Shown here: one piece after another, positions 55,696 to 64,000 of the stretch
How the letters are laid out: each line of letters begins with the position of its first letter
Numbering within the stretch: the first letter of the stretch is position 1
Source: Acidobacteriota bacterium
GTDB lineage: Bacteria; Acidobacteriota; UBA890; WLXD01
Reading direction: 5' to 3'
NCBI GenBank assembly: GCA_965248695.1
Contig: CBDFKD010000002.1
Coordinates: 4,704,001 to 4,768,000, forward strand
DNA length: 64,000 bases
The notes under the pieces: model-generated
What the model saw: the letters and a program-made list of their open reading frames with translations, nothing else
Databases searched by the model: none
Told to the model about the DNA's origin: nothing
Position numbers and translations under genes: made by a program

Positions 55696-57687
55696 CTAGG
55701 GAAGCGCCAGCGCGACGTATTCGGGCGGGTGATCCTGCGCCCCGATCGACACGACGATGTATTGCTTGCCATCGAGCATGTAGGTCATAGGACCGGCGGT
55801 GGTCCCGGACGGGAGCTCCATCGCCCAGAGCACATCACCCGTTGCCTTGTCGTAGGCACGGAACACCTTGCCCCATGCCCAATCCTCGTTCAACGTCCCG
55901 CTCACGGCGTTGCTGCCTTCGCCCAGGAACAACAGCGTCTTGGTGACCAGCGGCGCCGGACGATTGGGAACCCCCAGCGGGGGCAGGCTCAAGTTCCTCA
56001 GCAACGGATGGTTGCGCGGTCCGTCACCGTTGGCCGCCATCCAAACCTGCTCGCCGCGGTTCAGATCCAAAGCCGTAATGCGGCCGTAAGGTCCCTTGGC
56101 GATGAACAGCCCTTCGATGGTGGGGGCGGCGGCGGGGACATAGGCGTATTCCATCGTTGCCGCCGGATCGGTTTGCTTCACCATGGCGCGGTTCGTGGGG
56201 CCGTACGAACTGTTGGAGACAGCGTAGTAGATCCCCGTTTCGGGATCGAAAGCGCCGGTGTTCCAGTTGCCGGCGCCCCAAGCGCCGGGATGTATGAGCG
56301 TGCCCTTCTTCCCGCCCGGCTCATCGCTCGGGACGGACGGTGGGGTATAGAGGGGCCCTAGGTGATACTCCTGGGCAAGCTCACGTGCCCGCCGCTGAAG
56401 CTCCGGCGTGTAGTCGATCAGGTCTGACTCGGTAATCCCCTGTTGGTCGAACGGCGGCGGCTTGGTCGGAAACGGCTGCGTCGGCGCGGACACCTCGCCG
56501 GGGACGGTCGACTGGGGTACCGGCCGTTCCTCGATCGGCCATACCGGCTCACCGGTTGTGCGGTCGAGGACGTACAGAAACGCGTTCTTGTTCGGCTGCA
56601 TCACGGCCTTGATGCGTCGACCGTCAACGGTGATATCGCCGAGAATCGCCGGTCCGATGTTGTCGTACTCCCACAGGTCGTGATGAACCATCTGGAAGTG
56701 CCAGACGCGCTCGCCGGTCTGTGCATCCAGCGCCACCAGCGTGTTCGAGAACAGGTTGTCGCCCGGTCTCCAGCCGCCATACCAGGCCGACGTGGGGGCG
56801 GAAAACGCGACGTAGAGGTGGCCGAGCTCCTCGTCACTGCTCATCAACGACCAGGCGCCGAGATCGCCTGCGACCTTCCACGAATCGTCGCCCCAGGTGT
56901 CGGTGCCGAACTCGCCGTCACGGGGCACGGCGTGAAACGTCCACAGCAGCCGACCGGTGCGGACGTCGAAGCCCCGGATGTCCTCGGAAGCCGCCTCTTT
57001 CCTGTTGCCGCCGTCCCCGGCCCCAGCGGTGATGCCGGTGACGATCACGACCTCGCCGACGACCATAGGACCGGTGCTGGTGCTGAACGTGCCCGCCAGT
57101 GGCTGGCGTTCCTGGAACCGCAGGCCGACCCTGCCGTTTTCACCGAACGCGCCATACGGCTCGCCGGTCCTGGTGTTGAGGGCGTACAGATATTCACCGC
57201 GAACCGCGAGGATCCGCTCGTCGCCGGTGCCACTGCTCCAGTACGCGACCCCGCGCGTGGTCCGAGCTTCAGCCTCCTCCTGCGTGGAGGCGAGGAGCTC
57301 CTGCTCCCAGATTGGCTCGCCGGTCCTGCCATCTAGGGCCATCACCAAACCATGGGCGTCCTGGGTATAGAGGACCCCGTCGATGAAGATCGGTGTGGAC
57401 CGCAGGTAGGGGGGCGCATACAGCTCGGCGAACTGCTCGGTGAGCTCGCTGCGCACTGCCGGACGTCGCCAGACGATGCGCAAGTCGGCGACGTTGTCGC
57501 GGTCGATTCGGTCCAGGGGGGAGTAGCGGGTAAAGGCCTTGCTGCCTCCGAAGTAGTGCCAGCTTTCCTCAGGAGGGTGTTGCTGCGATGCCGTTGCGGT
57601 CGGCAGCACTCCTGCAGCAACCGCCGCGGAGAGACAAAGAGCCAGGGCCGAGGTGGCTGCGGAGCGAAGGAGGTGTCTTCGGTTCAT
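55696..57687 (-). CDS. PQQ-dependent dehydrogenase (glucose/quinate DH-like, no TM anchor), Tat-like signal
   Basis: MNRRHLLRS; RYSPLDRI, TRGVAYW, RPGDNLFSN, HFQMVHHDLWEYD, PTQPFP, PMTY..GKQYI. Confidence 0.9.
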   Translation of the reverse strand: MNRRHLLRSAATSALALCLSAAVAAGVLPTATASQQHPPEESWHYFGGSKAFTRYSPLDRIDRDNVADLRIVWRRPAVRSELTEQFAELYAPPYLRSTPIFIDGVLYTQDAHGLVMALDGRTGEPIWEQELLASTQEEAEARTTRGVAYWSSGTGDERILAVRGEYLYALNTRTGEPYGAFGENGRVGLRFQERQPLAGTFSTSTGPMVVGEVVIVTGITAGAGDGGNRKEAASEDIRGFDVRTGRLLWTFHAVPRDGEFGTDTWGDDSWKVAGDLGAWSLMSSDEELGHLYVAFSAPTSAWYGGWRPGDNLFSNTLVALDAQTGERVWHFQMVHHDLWEYDNIGPAILGDITVDGRRIKAVMQPNKNAFLYVLDRTTGEPVWPIEERPVPQSTVPGEVSAPTQPFPTKPPPFDQQGITESDLIDYTPELQRRARELAQEYHLGPLYTPPSVPSDEPGGKKGTLIHPGAWGAGNWNTGAFDPETGIYYAVSNSSYGPTNRAMVKQTDPAATMEYAYVPAAAPTIEGLFIAKGPYGRITALDLNRGEQVWMAANGDGPRNHPLLRNLSLPPLGVPNRPAPLVTKTLLFLGEGSNAVSGTLNEDWAWGKVFRAYDKATGDVLWAMELPSGTTAGPMTYMLDGKQYIVVSIGAQDHPPEYVALALP

Positions 57688-57816
57688 GGGGTCCGCCTGT
57701 TCGTTCGAGGAACATCGTGCACCCTACCGCACACGCGTCCGTGCATCAGCCCGGCGCTCATCGCCGGTGACTCGGTTTCTTCCACGCTCGATCGCTGTTC
57801 CCGGGAATGAGCATAG

Positions 57817-59022
57817 TCAGGCGAATCGTCCAGGGCGATACGGGCCCAGTGCGTCTGTTCCGCTGTCACCGAGGAGCTCGCGGCTGATCAATTGCCCCAT
57901 GATCGGTGCCAGCGTTACGCCGCTGTGCATGACGGCGAGATAGACATGAGAGGACCCGGGGACGTACCCGACGATGGGCAAACCGTCCGACGGCATCGGA
58001 CGGAATCCGAGCGTCAGTCGATCGAGCTCGGCGTGCCGGGCGTCCCGCATGACGTGCCCAATCCGCTCGAGGATGCGCTGACCGTGCTCCTCGCGCATAG
58101 CGCGATCGGGGAAATCACCGGCCTGCCGGAGGATCTCCTCGTGATCCGGTGTTTCGGGCAGCCCGTCGCTGTCGGCACCCACGATGCGCCCGTCAGGGAA
58201 CTGCTTGAAGTGCACCCCCGGTGCGTAATACACGGCGCTGGACAACGCACGGACCGGCCTGCTGTGCGCGAGGATGCCGGGAGCGTGATCGAGTGGCGGC
58301 TGGAACCCGGCGCCGGACGTCAGCCCACCGCTATCGACGCCCGCGGCGACCACTATCCGGTCAAGCCGATAGTCGCCCGTCGTGGTCGCGGCGACAACCT
58401 GACCGGTTTCCAGGCGCAGTCCGGTCACCTCACAGGGGATGTTGGTTTCGACGCCATGGCCCTGGGCCGCCTGCAGCAGCCGCTTCGTGGTTGCTACCGG
58501 ATCGAGGTGACCGTCTACGCCGCAGTGAACTGCGATCTCGAACTCGCCGGGAGATATCTGCGGCGCGATGGTGGAAAAGTCGGACGACGTGAGCGATTCC
58601 ACTGGGTAGTCAGGCGAGGAAATGGCCGCTTGCAGTGCGCGCAGCTCATCCACTGCTTGCGCTTCGGCGCTGCCACCGCGTTCCCACATCAGGACCCCGC
58701 CCCAGTTGATCTGCAGGTCGTGCTGCGAGGCAAGATCGCGCCAGGCGCGGAGGCTGCGCAATCGGAGTCGGCGATAGTCGGCGTTGGGGCTCATCGCGTT
58801 GAGCCACGCGAAGCTCTTGGAGGTAGCGCCTGCTGCTGCGGCTTCCCGTTCGAAGATCGTGACCTCGGCGCCGGCCTTGGCCAGATGTAGGGAAATCGAG
58901 GCCCCGACGATCCCGCCGCCGACGACTCCTACCCGCAACCGCGCCTGCCCGATAAGCGACGAGCACGGCAATGCCAATGAAGCGGTGCCTGCCAGGCGCT
59001 TCAGAAACGCGCGACGCTGCAT
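57817..59022 (-). CDS. Tat-exported FAD-dependent oxidoreductase (DAO/glycine oxidase family)
   Basis: MQRRAFLK; VVGGGIVG; GATSKSFAWLN; GFRPMPSDGLP; HSGVTLAP; GGAGG upstream. Confidence 0.9.
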   Translation of the reverse strand: MQRRAFLKRLAGTASLALPCSSLIGQARLRVGVVGGGIVGASISLHLAKAGAEVTIFEREAAAAGATSKSFAWLNAMSPNADYRRLRLRSLRAWRDLASQHDLQINWGGVLMWERGGSAEAQAVDELRALQAAISSPDYPVESLTSSDFSTIAPQISPGEFEIAVHCGVDGHLDPVATTKRLLQAAQGHGVETNIPCEVTGLRLETGQVVAATTTGDYRLDRIVVAAGVDSGGLTSGAGFQPPLDHAPGILAHSRPVRALSSAVYYAPGVHFKQFPDGRIVGADSDGLPETPDHEEILRQAGDFPDRAMREEHGQRILERIGHVMRDARHAELDRLTLGFRPMPSDGLPIVGYVPGSSHVYLAVMHSGVTLAPIMGQLISRELLGDSGTDALGPYRPGRFA

Positions 59023-59201
59023 TGCATCCTCCAGCACTAGTGATCTGCGCCTTGAGTGCGGCCAGGAGTGATTCTAGACCGCCCAACACGAGCAATCGCC
59101 GCTGGACCACGAGACCCTGACCAGCTATGAAGGAAGGTCTCAGCCCGGTGTCCCTAGAGCTCGAGAGTACCTAAATGAGGGTGCATCCACAGGATCGCCG
59201 A

Positions 59202-60263
59202 ATGCGGGCCGTGCTGCTGACCGGTCACGGCGGGCTCGACCAGCTCGAGTACCGTGACGACGTTCCCGTTCCCTCGCCGCGGCCGGGCGAGGTGCTGATC
59301 GAGGTTGCCGCGTGCGGGATGAACAACACCGACGTCAATGCACGTACCGGCTGGTACGCGAAGACGGTCTCCACGGCCACCGGCGAAGACCATGCGACTC
59401 CCGACACGGGCGGCGGATGGGGCGATAGTCTCAGCTTCCCGCGCATCCAGGGCGCCGACCCGGCGGGCCGAATCGTTGCCGTTGGTGACTGCGTCGCCGT
59501 CGCCCGCATCGGCCAGCGTGTGCTCGTCGACGCCTGGCTGCGCGACCCCAGCGGACTCCTCGCGCGGGCGAGATACCTCGGCTCCGAAGTCGACGGCGGC
59601 TACGCCGAGTTCGTGTCGGTTCCCGCCAGCAACGCCCACCCGATCGAATCGGACCTGAGCGACGTAGAACTGGCCACTTTCCCCTGCTCCTACGCCACTG
59701 CAGAGCACATGCTCCACCGTGCGGGCGTGGAGGAGGGCCAATGGGTGCTGGTGACCGGCGCCTCCGGTGGTGTGGGCGGCGCGCTCGTTCAACTCGCCAA
59801 GCGCCGCGGTGCCCGGGTGCTCGCTGTGACGAGTGCAACGAAGACGGCCGCAGTGCGCGCCATCGGCGCCGACGAGGTGCTCGATCGGGCGCGGCACGAT
59901 CTGGACAAAGCCGTGCTCGACGTGACCGGGGGCATCGATGTCTTCGCCGACGTCGTAGGCGGCGAGTCGTTCGGTCCGCTGCTGGAGACCGTCCGACGGG
60001 GTGGTCACTGCACGACCGCCGGTGCGATTGCCGGGCCGATCGTCTCGCTTGACCTCCGGACTCTGTACCTCCGCGACCTGACGCTGCACGGCGCGACGGT
60101 GCTTCCAGCCGAGGTGTTCGCCAACCTCGTGCGCTACATCGAGCGTGGCGAGGTCCAGCCTGTCGTCGCTGCCACCTTCCCGCTGCATCGCATGGCCGAG
60201 GCACAAGCCGCGTTCATGAAAAAGGAGCACGTCGGCGCGATGGTGATCCAGATCGAGCCCTGA
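59202..60263 (+). CDS. Medium-chain dehydrogenase/reductase (alcohol dehydrogenase/quinone reductase family)
   Basis: MRAVLLTGHGG, ACGMNNTD, PRIQGAD, VTGASGGVG; alternative ATG at 59175. Confidence 0.9.
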   Translation: MRAVLLTGHGGLDQLEYRDDVPVPSPRPGEVLIEVAACGMNNTDVNARTGWYAKTVSTATGEDHATPDTGGGWGDSLSFPRIQGADPAGRIVAVGDCVAVARIGQRVLVDAWLRDPSGLLARARYLGSEVDGGYAEFVSVPASNAHPIESDLSDVELATFPCSYATAEHMLHRAGVEEGQWVLVTGASGGVGGALVQLAKRRGARVLAVTSATKTAAVRAIGADEVLDRARHDLDKAVLDVTGGIDVFADVVGGESFGPLLETVRRGGHCTTAGAIAGPIVSLDLRTLYLRDLTLHGATVLPAEVFANLVRYIERGEVQPVVAATFPLHRMAEAQAAFMKKEHVGAMVIQIEP

Positions 60264-60375
60264 ATGGCCTTCTCGCCGGACGGCGGCGTTGGATCTGTCG
60301 TATCCCAGCCGATAGGCTCTCAGGCGCTCGACGAGACGTCCGCCAAAGGCGGCCGGCGGCGAGGGGATCACGTAC

Positions 60376-60753
60376 GTGCGAGACACCGGTCAACCTGCAC
60401 GACAGCTCAGCATCAAGACCCTGGGCCGCCCGTTCGCACCGTGCGTCGACTGGGAAATCTTCGAGGGCGAGGTGCACGCGGCCGAGGTAGTGAGCGGCGA
60501 CACGAGTCAGCTCCGCGTCTACGACGTCGCCTTTCGACCGGGTGCGCGCACCGCCTGGCACTCGCATACGGTTGACCAGCTGTTGATCATCACCGCCGGT
60601 CACGGCATCGTCTCGACCGAGGAAGAGGAGCATGAAGTACGCGCCGGTGATCTCGTCGTCGTGCCGGCGGACATGCGGCACTGGCACGGTGCGATGAAGG
60701 ACACGGAAATGGCGCACCTGGCGGTGATGAACGAGGGAGAAGACGTGCTCTGA
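60376..60753 (+). CDS. Cupin domain protein
   Basis: FRPGARTAWHSH..Q..G.G; GDLVVVPADMRHWHG; GAGGGG upstream. Confidence 0.88.
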   Translation: MRDTGQPARQLSIKTLGRPFAPCVDWEIFEGEVHAAEVVSGDTSQLRVYDVAFRPGARTAWHSHTVDQLLIITAGHGIVSTEEEEHEVRAGDLVVVPADMRHWHGAMKDTEMAHLAVMNEGEDVL

Positions 60754-61769
60754 TGCGCGCCGTCGCGTCGATACCGGCAGCCTGGTATCGGGAGCCCGGG
60801 CAGCTGGCGCGGGAAAACGAGCGCGTGTTTGCCCCGGCGTGGCAGTACATCGGATCGGCGGCGCCGGTCGAGGCGACAGGCACGTATCTCGCTGCGGATC
60901 TTGCCGGCCTGCCCATCGTGATCACGCGCGACGCCGAAGGCGTGTTGCGGGGGCTGGTCAACGTCTGCCGGCATCGCGGCTCGGTAATCATGGAGGGGTG
61001 CGGTCAGGTGAGCACCCTACAGTGCCGCTATCACGGCTGGAGCTATCGACTCGACGGGGCACTGCACGCCTCTCGGGGCGTGGAGATCGAGCCTGAAGAG
61101 GGGCAGCTGCCACACGTAGCCGTCGCAACCATCGGCTCGCTGCTCTTCGCATCCTCCGCCGGCACCGACGAAGCCCGTGCTGCCGCCCCGACGTTGCCCG
61201 AGCTGCTGGCGCCATTCACGGCTCTCGTCAGCGACGTCTCCGGGCTCGACATGGCCCGTCTCGAGCGTCGGCAAAGCGTTCACCACGAGGTCGCGGCCAA
61301 CTGGAAGCTCGTGGCGGAAAACTTCATGGACTGCTACCACTGCCCGCTCGTTCATCGGGATACTCTGCCCGAGTACGGCGGATCGGATTACGTCGTGGAG
61401 GAGCACGGGATCCTGGTCACCCATCGGCTCGACCGGGACCGCTTCTCCTGGGCCTCACTATTTCCCAACACACAGATCTCGGTGTTCGGGGATCACGGCG
61501 CCCTGGTGGCTCGCCAGCTGTCACCGGATGGTGCGGAGCGCACTCGGGTCACGCTCGACTACTGGTTCGATCGCGACACCGAGGACGTCGCGGCGCGGGC
61601 ATTCGTTGAATGGTTCGAGCGTGTCGTGGCGGAAGATCTGCCGCTTTGCGCCTCGGTGCAGCGCGGGATCGACTCCAATGCGCTCGAACGCGGTCTTCTT
61701 CACCCCGACCAAGAGCGCAGCGTGGTGCATTTTCAACGCCTGCTGATCGACGCTCTCGGAGAGGCGTGA
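60753..61769 (+). CDS. Rieske oxygenase alpha subunit (choline monooxygenase/CntA-like), cytoplasmic
   Basis: CRH-x16-CRYH; NWKLVAENFMDCYHCPLVH; ED; TGATG coupling. Confidence 0.9.
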   Translation: MRAVASIPAAWYREPGQLARENERVFAPAWQYIGSAAPVEATGTYLAADLAGLPIVITRDAEGVLRGLVNVCRHRGSVIMEGCGQVSTLQCRYHGWSYRLDGALHASRGVEIEPEEGQLPHVAVATIGSLLFASSAGTDEARAAAPTLPELLAPFTALVSDVSGLDMARLERRQSVHHEVAANWKLVAENFMDCYHCPLVHRDTLPEYGGSDYVVEEHGILVTHRLDRDRFSWASLFPNTQISVFGDHGALVARQLSPDGAERTRVTLDYWFDRDTEDVAARAFVEWFERVVAEDLPLCASVQRGIDSNALERGLLHPDQERSVVHFQRLLIDALGEA

Positions 61770-62188
61770 CGGTGTCGACCAACTTCCGGCGCATCGACGA
61801 ACAGCCCGTGCGCACTCAGCATGACCCATCCGATCAGCACTGGGCGGAGGCCTCTGGCGGCAAGCTAGGCGACGAGGGTCGCTATGTCGAGCTCGTCTCC
61901 CGATCGCTCAACGGCGGCTCGACGCTGGTCGGGGTCGATTGGCTCGAGCCGGGACAAACCCACCTGCTGCACTCTCACGCCGAGGCCGACGAGTGGTACT
62001 ACGTCGTTCGTGGAGAGGTGGTGGTTCGCGTCGACGACGAGGAACAGCTTTGCGGACCCGGGACCGGCATCTTCATTCCCGCCGGCGCTCGCCACCGCGT
62101 TCACAACGGCGGGACGGAGACGTGTGAGTTCCTCTGGGGGTTCAACTGCGGGGAGCTCAAGGACCTGACATACGTCTGGCACGAGTAG
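61766..62188 (+). CDS. Cupin domain protein
   Basis: LHSHAEADEWYYVVRG..IFIPAGARHRV; GTGA overlap (or GTG 61772). Confidence 0.85.
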   Translation: MTVSTNFRRIDEQPVRTQHDPSDQHWAEASGGKLGDEGRYVELVSRSLNGGSTLVGVDWLEPGQTHLLHSHAEADEWYYVVRGEVVVRVDDEEQLCGPGTGIFIPAGARHRVHNGGTETCEFLWGFNCGELKDLTYVWHE

Positions 62189-62337
62189 TTCACGACCAGA
62201 TTGCCTTGCTCCAAGACGGACGCGATCTCGGCCGAGCCGGGACTTTGGGGACCAGTTTCGACGCGGCACCACCCTTGATCGCTGGCTCCGGTCGCCCCTA
62301 CGCTATGCGTCCTCTTCGAACTCGTCCCGAGGTGAAC

Positions 62338-63798
62338 ATGCTCAGTTCCAACTCCGTGATGAAGAAGGCATCTGTCTGCATAGTGTTGGCGCTCTCACTG
62401 ACCGTGGCGCCTCTGAGCGCTCAGAGCCCGAGTCCCGCCGATGACCCCGATGTCCAGGGAGCGATCAGGCTCTTCTCCGCCTGGATGAACGGTCAGGTCG
62501 CCTGGCGGGGGCTTCCCGGCGTGGCTGTGGGTGTGGTCGCTGACCAGGAGTTGGTTTGGAGCCACGGGTTCGGATTGGCAGACATTGCCGCAGAACGACC
62601 CATGACGCGCGACACGAAGTTCCGCATGGCGTCGCATAGCAAGCTCTTCACGGCCACTGCGATCATGCAGCTGCGCGAGCAGGGCAAGATCCGACTCGAC
62701 AATCCGGTATCCGAATATCTGCCCTGGTTCGAGTTCAAATCGGCGGCGACAGATGATCCGCCGATTACCATCGAACATCTGCTGACGCACAGCTCGGGGC
62801 TGCAGCGCGAAGCGGGCGACCACTGGACGACGCGCGATTTTCCCACCCGCGAGGAGCTCAAGAGCCTGATTCCCGAGCGCCAGGCGGCCTTTTCTCCCGA
62901 GGTGCGCTGGAAGTACTCCAACCTGGCGTACTCGATTGCCGGAATGGTGGTGGAAGCGGTGAGCGGCCAGTCGTGGGCCGACTATCTGCAGACCAACATT
63001 TTCGATCCGCTCGGAATGTCCTCGTCGAGCGTCGACCGGGCGGTCGACGGCATGGCAATCGGCTATACGAGCCGGTTGCGCGACGGATCGAGAGAAACGA
63101 TCGACTTTGTCGACGCTCGCGGCATGGCGTCGGCAACGGGACTCACCTCGACGGTGACCGACATGGCGAAGTTCGTCTCGGCGCAGTTCCGTAAGGGCCA
63201 GCGGGGCGGCAATCGGATCTTGAGCACCGCGTCGCTGCGGGAGATGCATCGCGTCCGCATGCTGGAGAACACCTGGACCAACGGGCAGGGCATCGGGTTC
63301 TCCGTCCGCAGGGTGGACGACAAGCTCTATGTCGGTCACGGCGGCGGTTATCCCGGGTACACGACAAACACCACGATTCAGCTCGACTCGAAGGTCGCGG
63401 TGATCGTGCTGACGAATACGAACGACTCGAACCCGAGCCAGATCGCGGTGCAGCTCATGAGCACGGTGGGCGCCGCGGTTGCTCAGGCCACCAAGGTAGA
63501 GCCCGACGTCGTTGCCTGGGACCCGTCCTGGGAACGGTTTGCGGGCCTGTACCGCAGGCCCGGAAGGGGTAGTGAGTCGCAGGTCGTGCTGTTGAACGAG
63601 CGCCTCGTGATCATGAGCCCGAGCGCGCGTAGCGTCGGCAACCCGACCCGACTCGAACCGATCGGCAACGGCGTCTTCCGATACACCGCGCCTACAGGCG
63701 GCAGCGTTGTAGGCGAGGAGGTCCGCTTCCTGGAGGAGAACGGTGAAGTGGTGCGTATGTTCGTGGGCGACTCGTTCATGGACCGTGTCAGGGAGTAG
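62338..63798 (+). CDS. Secreted serine hydrolase, beta-lactamase/AmpC-like family
   Basis: Signal peptide; ASHSK (SxxK), LLTHSSG, YSN, GHGG; GAGGTG upstream. Confidence 0.92.
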   Translation: MLSSNSVMKKASVCIVLALSLTVAPLSAQSPSPADDPDVQGAIRLFSAWMNGQVAWRGLPGVAVGVVADQELVWSHGFGLADIAAERPMTRDTKFRMASHSKLFTATAIMQLREQGKIRLDNPVSEYLPWFEFKSAATDDPPITIEHLLTHSSGLQREAGDHWTTRDFPTREELKSLIPERQAAFSPEVRWKYSNLAYSIAGMVVEAVSGQSWADYLQTNIFDPLGMSSSSVDRAVDGMAIGYTSRLRDGSRETIDFVDARGMASATGLTSTVTDMAKFVSAQFRKGQRGGNRILSTASLREMHRVRMLENTWTNGQGIGFSVRRVDDKLYVGHGGGYPGYTTNTTIQLDSKVAVIVLTNTNDSNPSQIAVQLMSTVGAAVAQATKVEPDVVAWDPSWERFAGLYRRPGRGSESQVVLLNERLVIMSPSARSVGNPTRLEPIGNGVFRYTAPTGGSVVGEEVRFLEENGEVVRMFVGDSFMDRVRE

Positions 63799-63823
63799 TG
63801 GCGAAGTAGAGGGGAGTCCGACG

Positions 63824-64000
63824 ATGTCGGGAGTTGAAGGACGCGTGACCCTGGTTACCGGCGCGGGCCGCGGCATTGGCAAGGCGACCACGGAACTTCT
63901 GAGCGCGCGTGGCGCGCGCGTGATGGCGGTGTCGCGCTCGGAGGCGGAATTAGCGTCCTTGGGTGTCGAGTACGCTGTCGCGGACCTGGGTACGGCGGAT
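63824..64000 (+). CDS. Short-chain dehydrogenase/reductase, partial (runs off the right edge)
   Basis: Manual translation MSGVEGRVTLVTGAGRGIGKAT..GARVMAVSRS..VADL; TGxxxGxG motif; GGGGAG upstream. Confidence 0.88.
   Translation, partial: MSGVEGRVTLVTGAGRGIGKATTELLSARGARVMAVSRSEAELASLGVEYAVADLGTAD

Noticed and set aside
62338-63798. Antibiotic-resistance beta-lactamase
   Set aside because: SxxK/YxN with HGG and a C-terminal extension fits the broad serine hydrolase/peptidase family; resistance cannot be inferred.

Overview
GC-rich bacterial window with about 47 coding regions and no rRNA, tRNA, CRISPR array, transposase, integrase, housekeeping gene or DNA-binding regulator that I can recognise. 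The gene families suggest Acidobacteriota or a similar diderm lineage (inference). Most genes encode exported catabolic or redox enzymes with Tat, Sec or lipoprotein signals. Main content: two YtcJ-like amidohydrolases; two membrane Ser/Thr kinases, one broken by an in-frame TAG and an apparent deletion; three paralogous CBM9/DUF5916 outer-membrane proteins; a PhoD-like phosphatase; two Rieske oxygenases, one with a Tat signal; a creatininase-DUF1592-DUF1552-ankyrin operon; a methyltransferase-FAD oxidoreductase-type III PKS cluster; an IorB/IorA-like molybdoenzyme; PQQ and FAD dehydrogenases; and two aminotransferases. The best candidate for an undescribed system is a periplasmic copper monooxygenase (PHM/DBM-like, all six Cu ligands present) fused to a cytochrome c. 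It lies in an operon with two vicinal-Cys secreted proteins and an M20 peptidase with an altered metal site, and the window also holds a PAL-like lyase with apparently intact catalytic residues, so both halves of a PAM-type amidation chemistry are present. All family calls come from reading motifs by eye; no database search was run.
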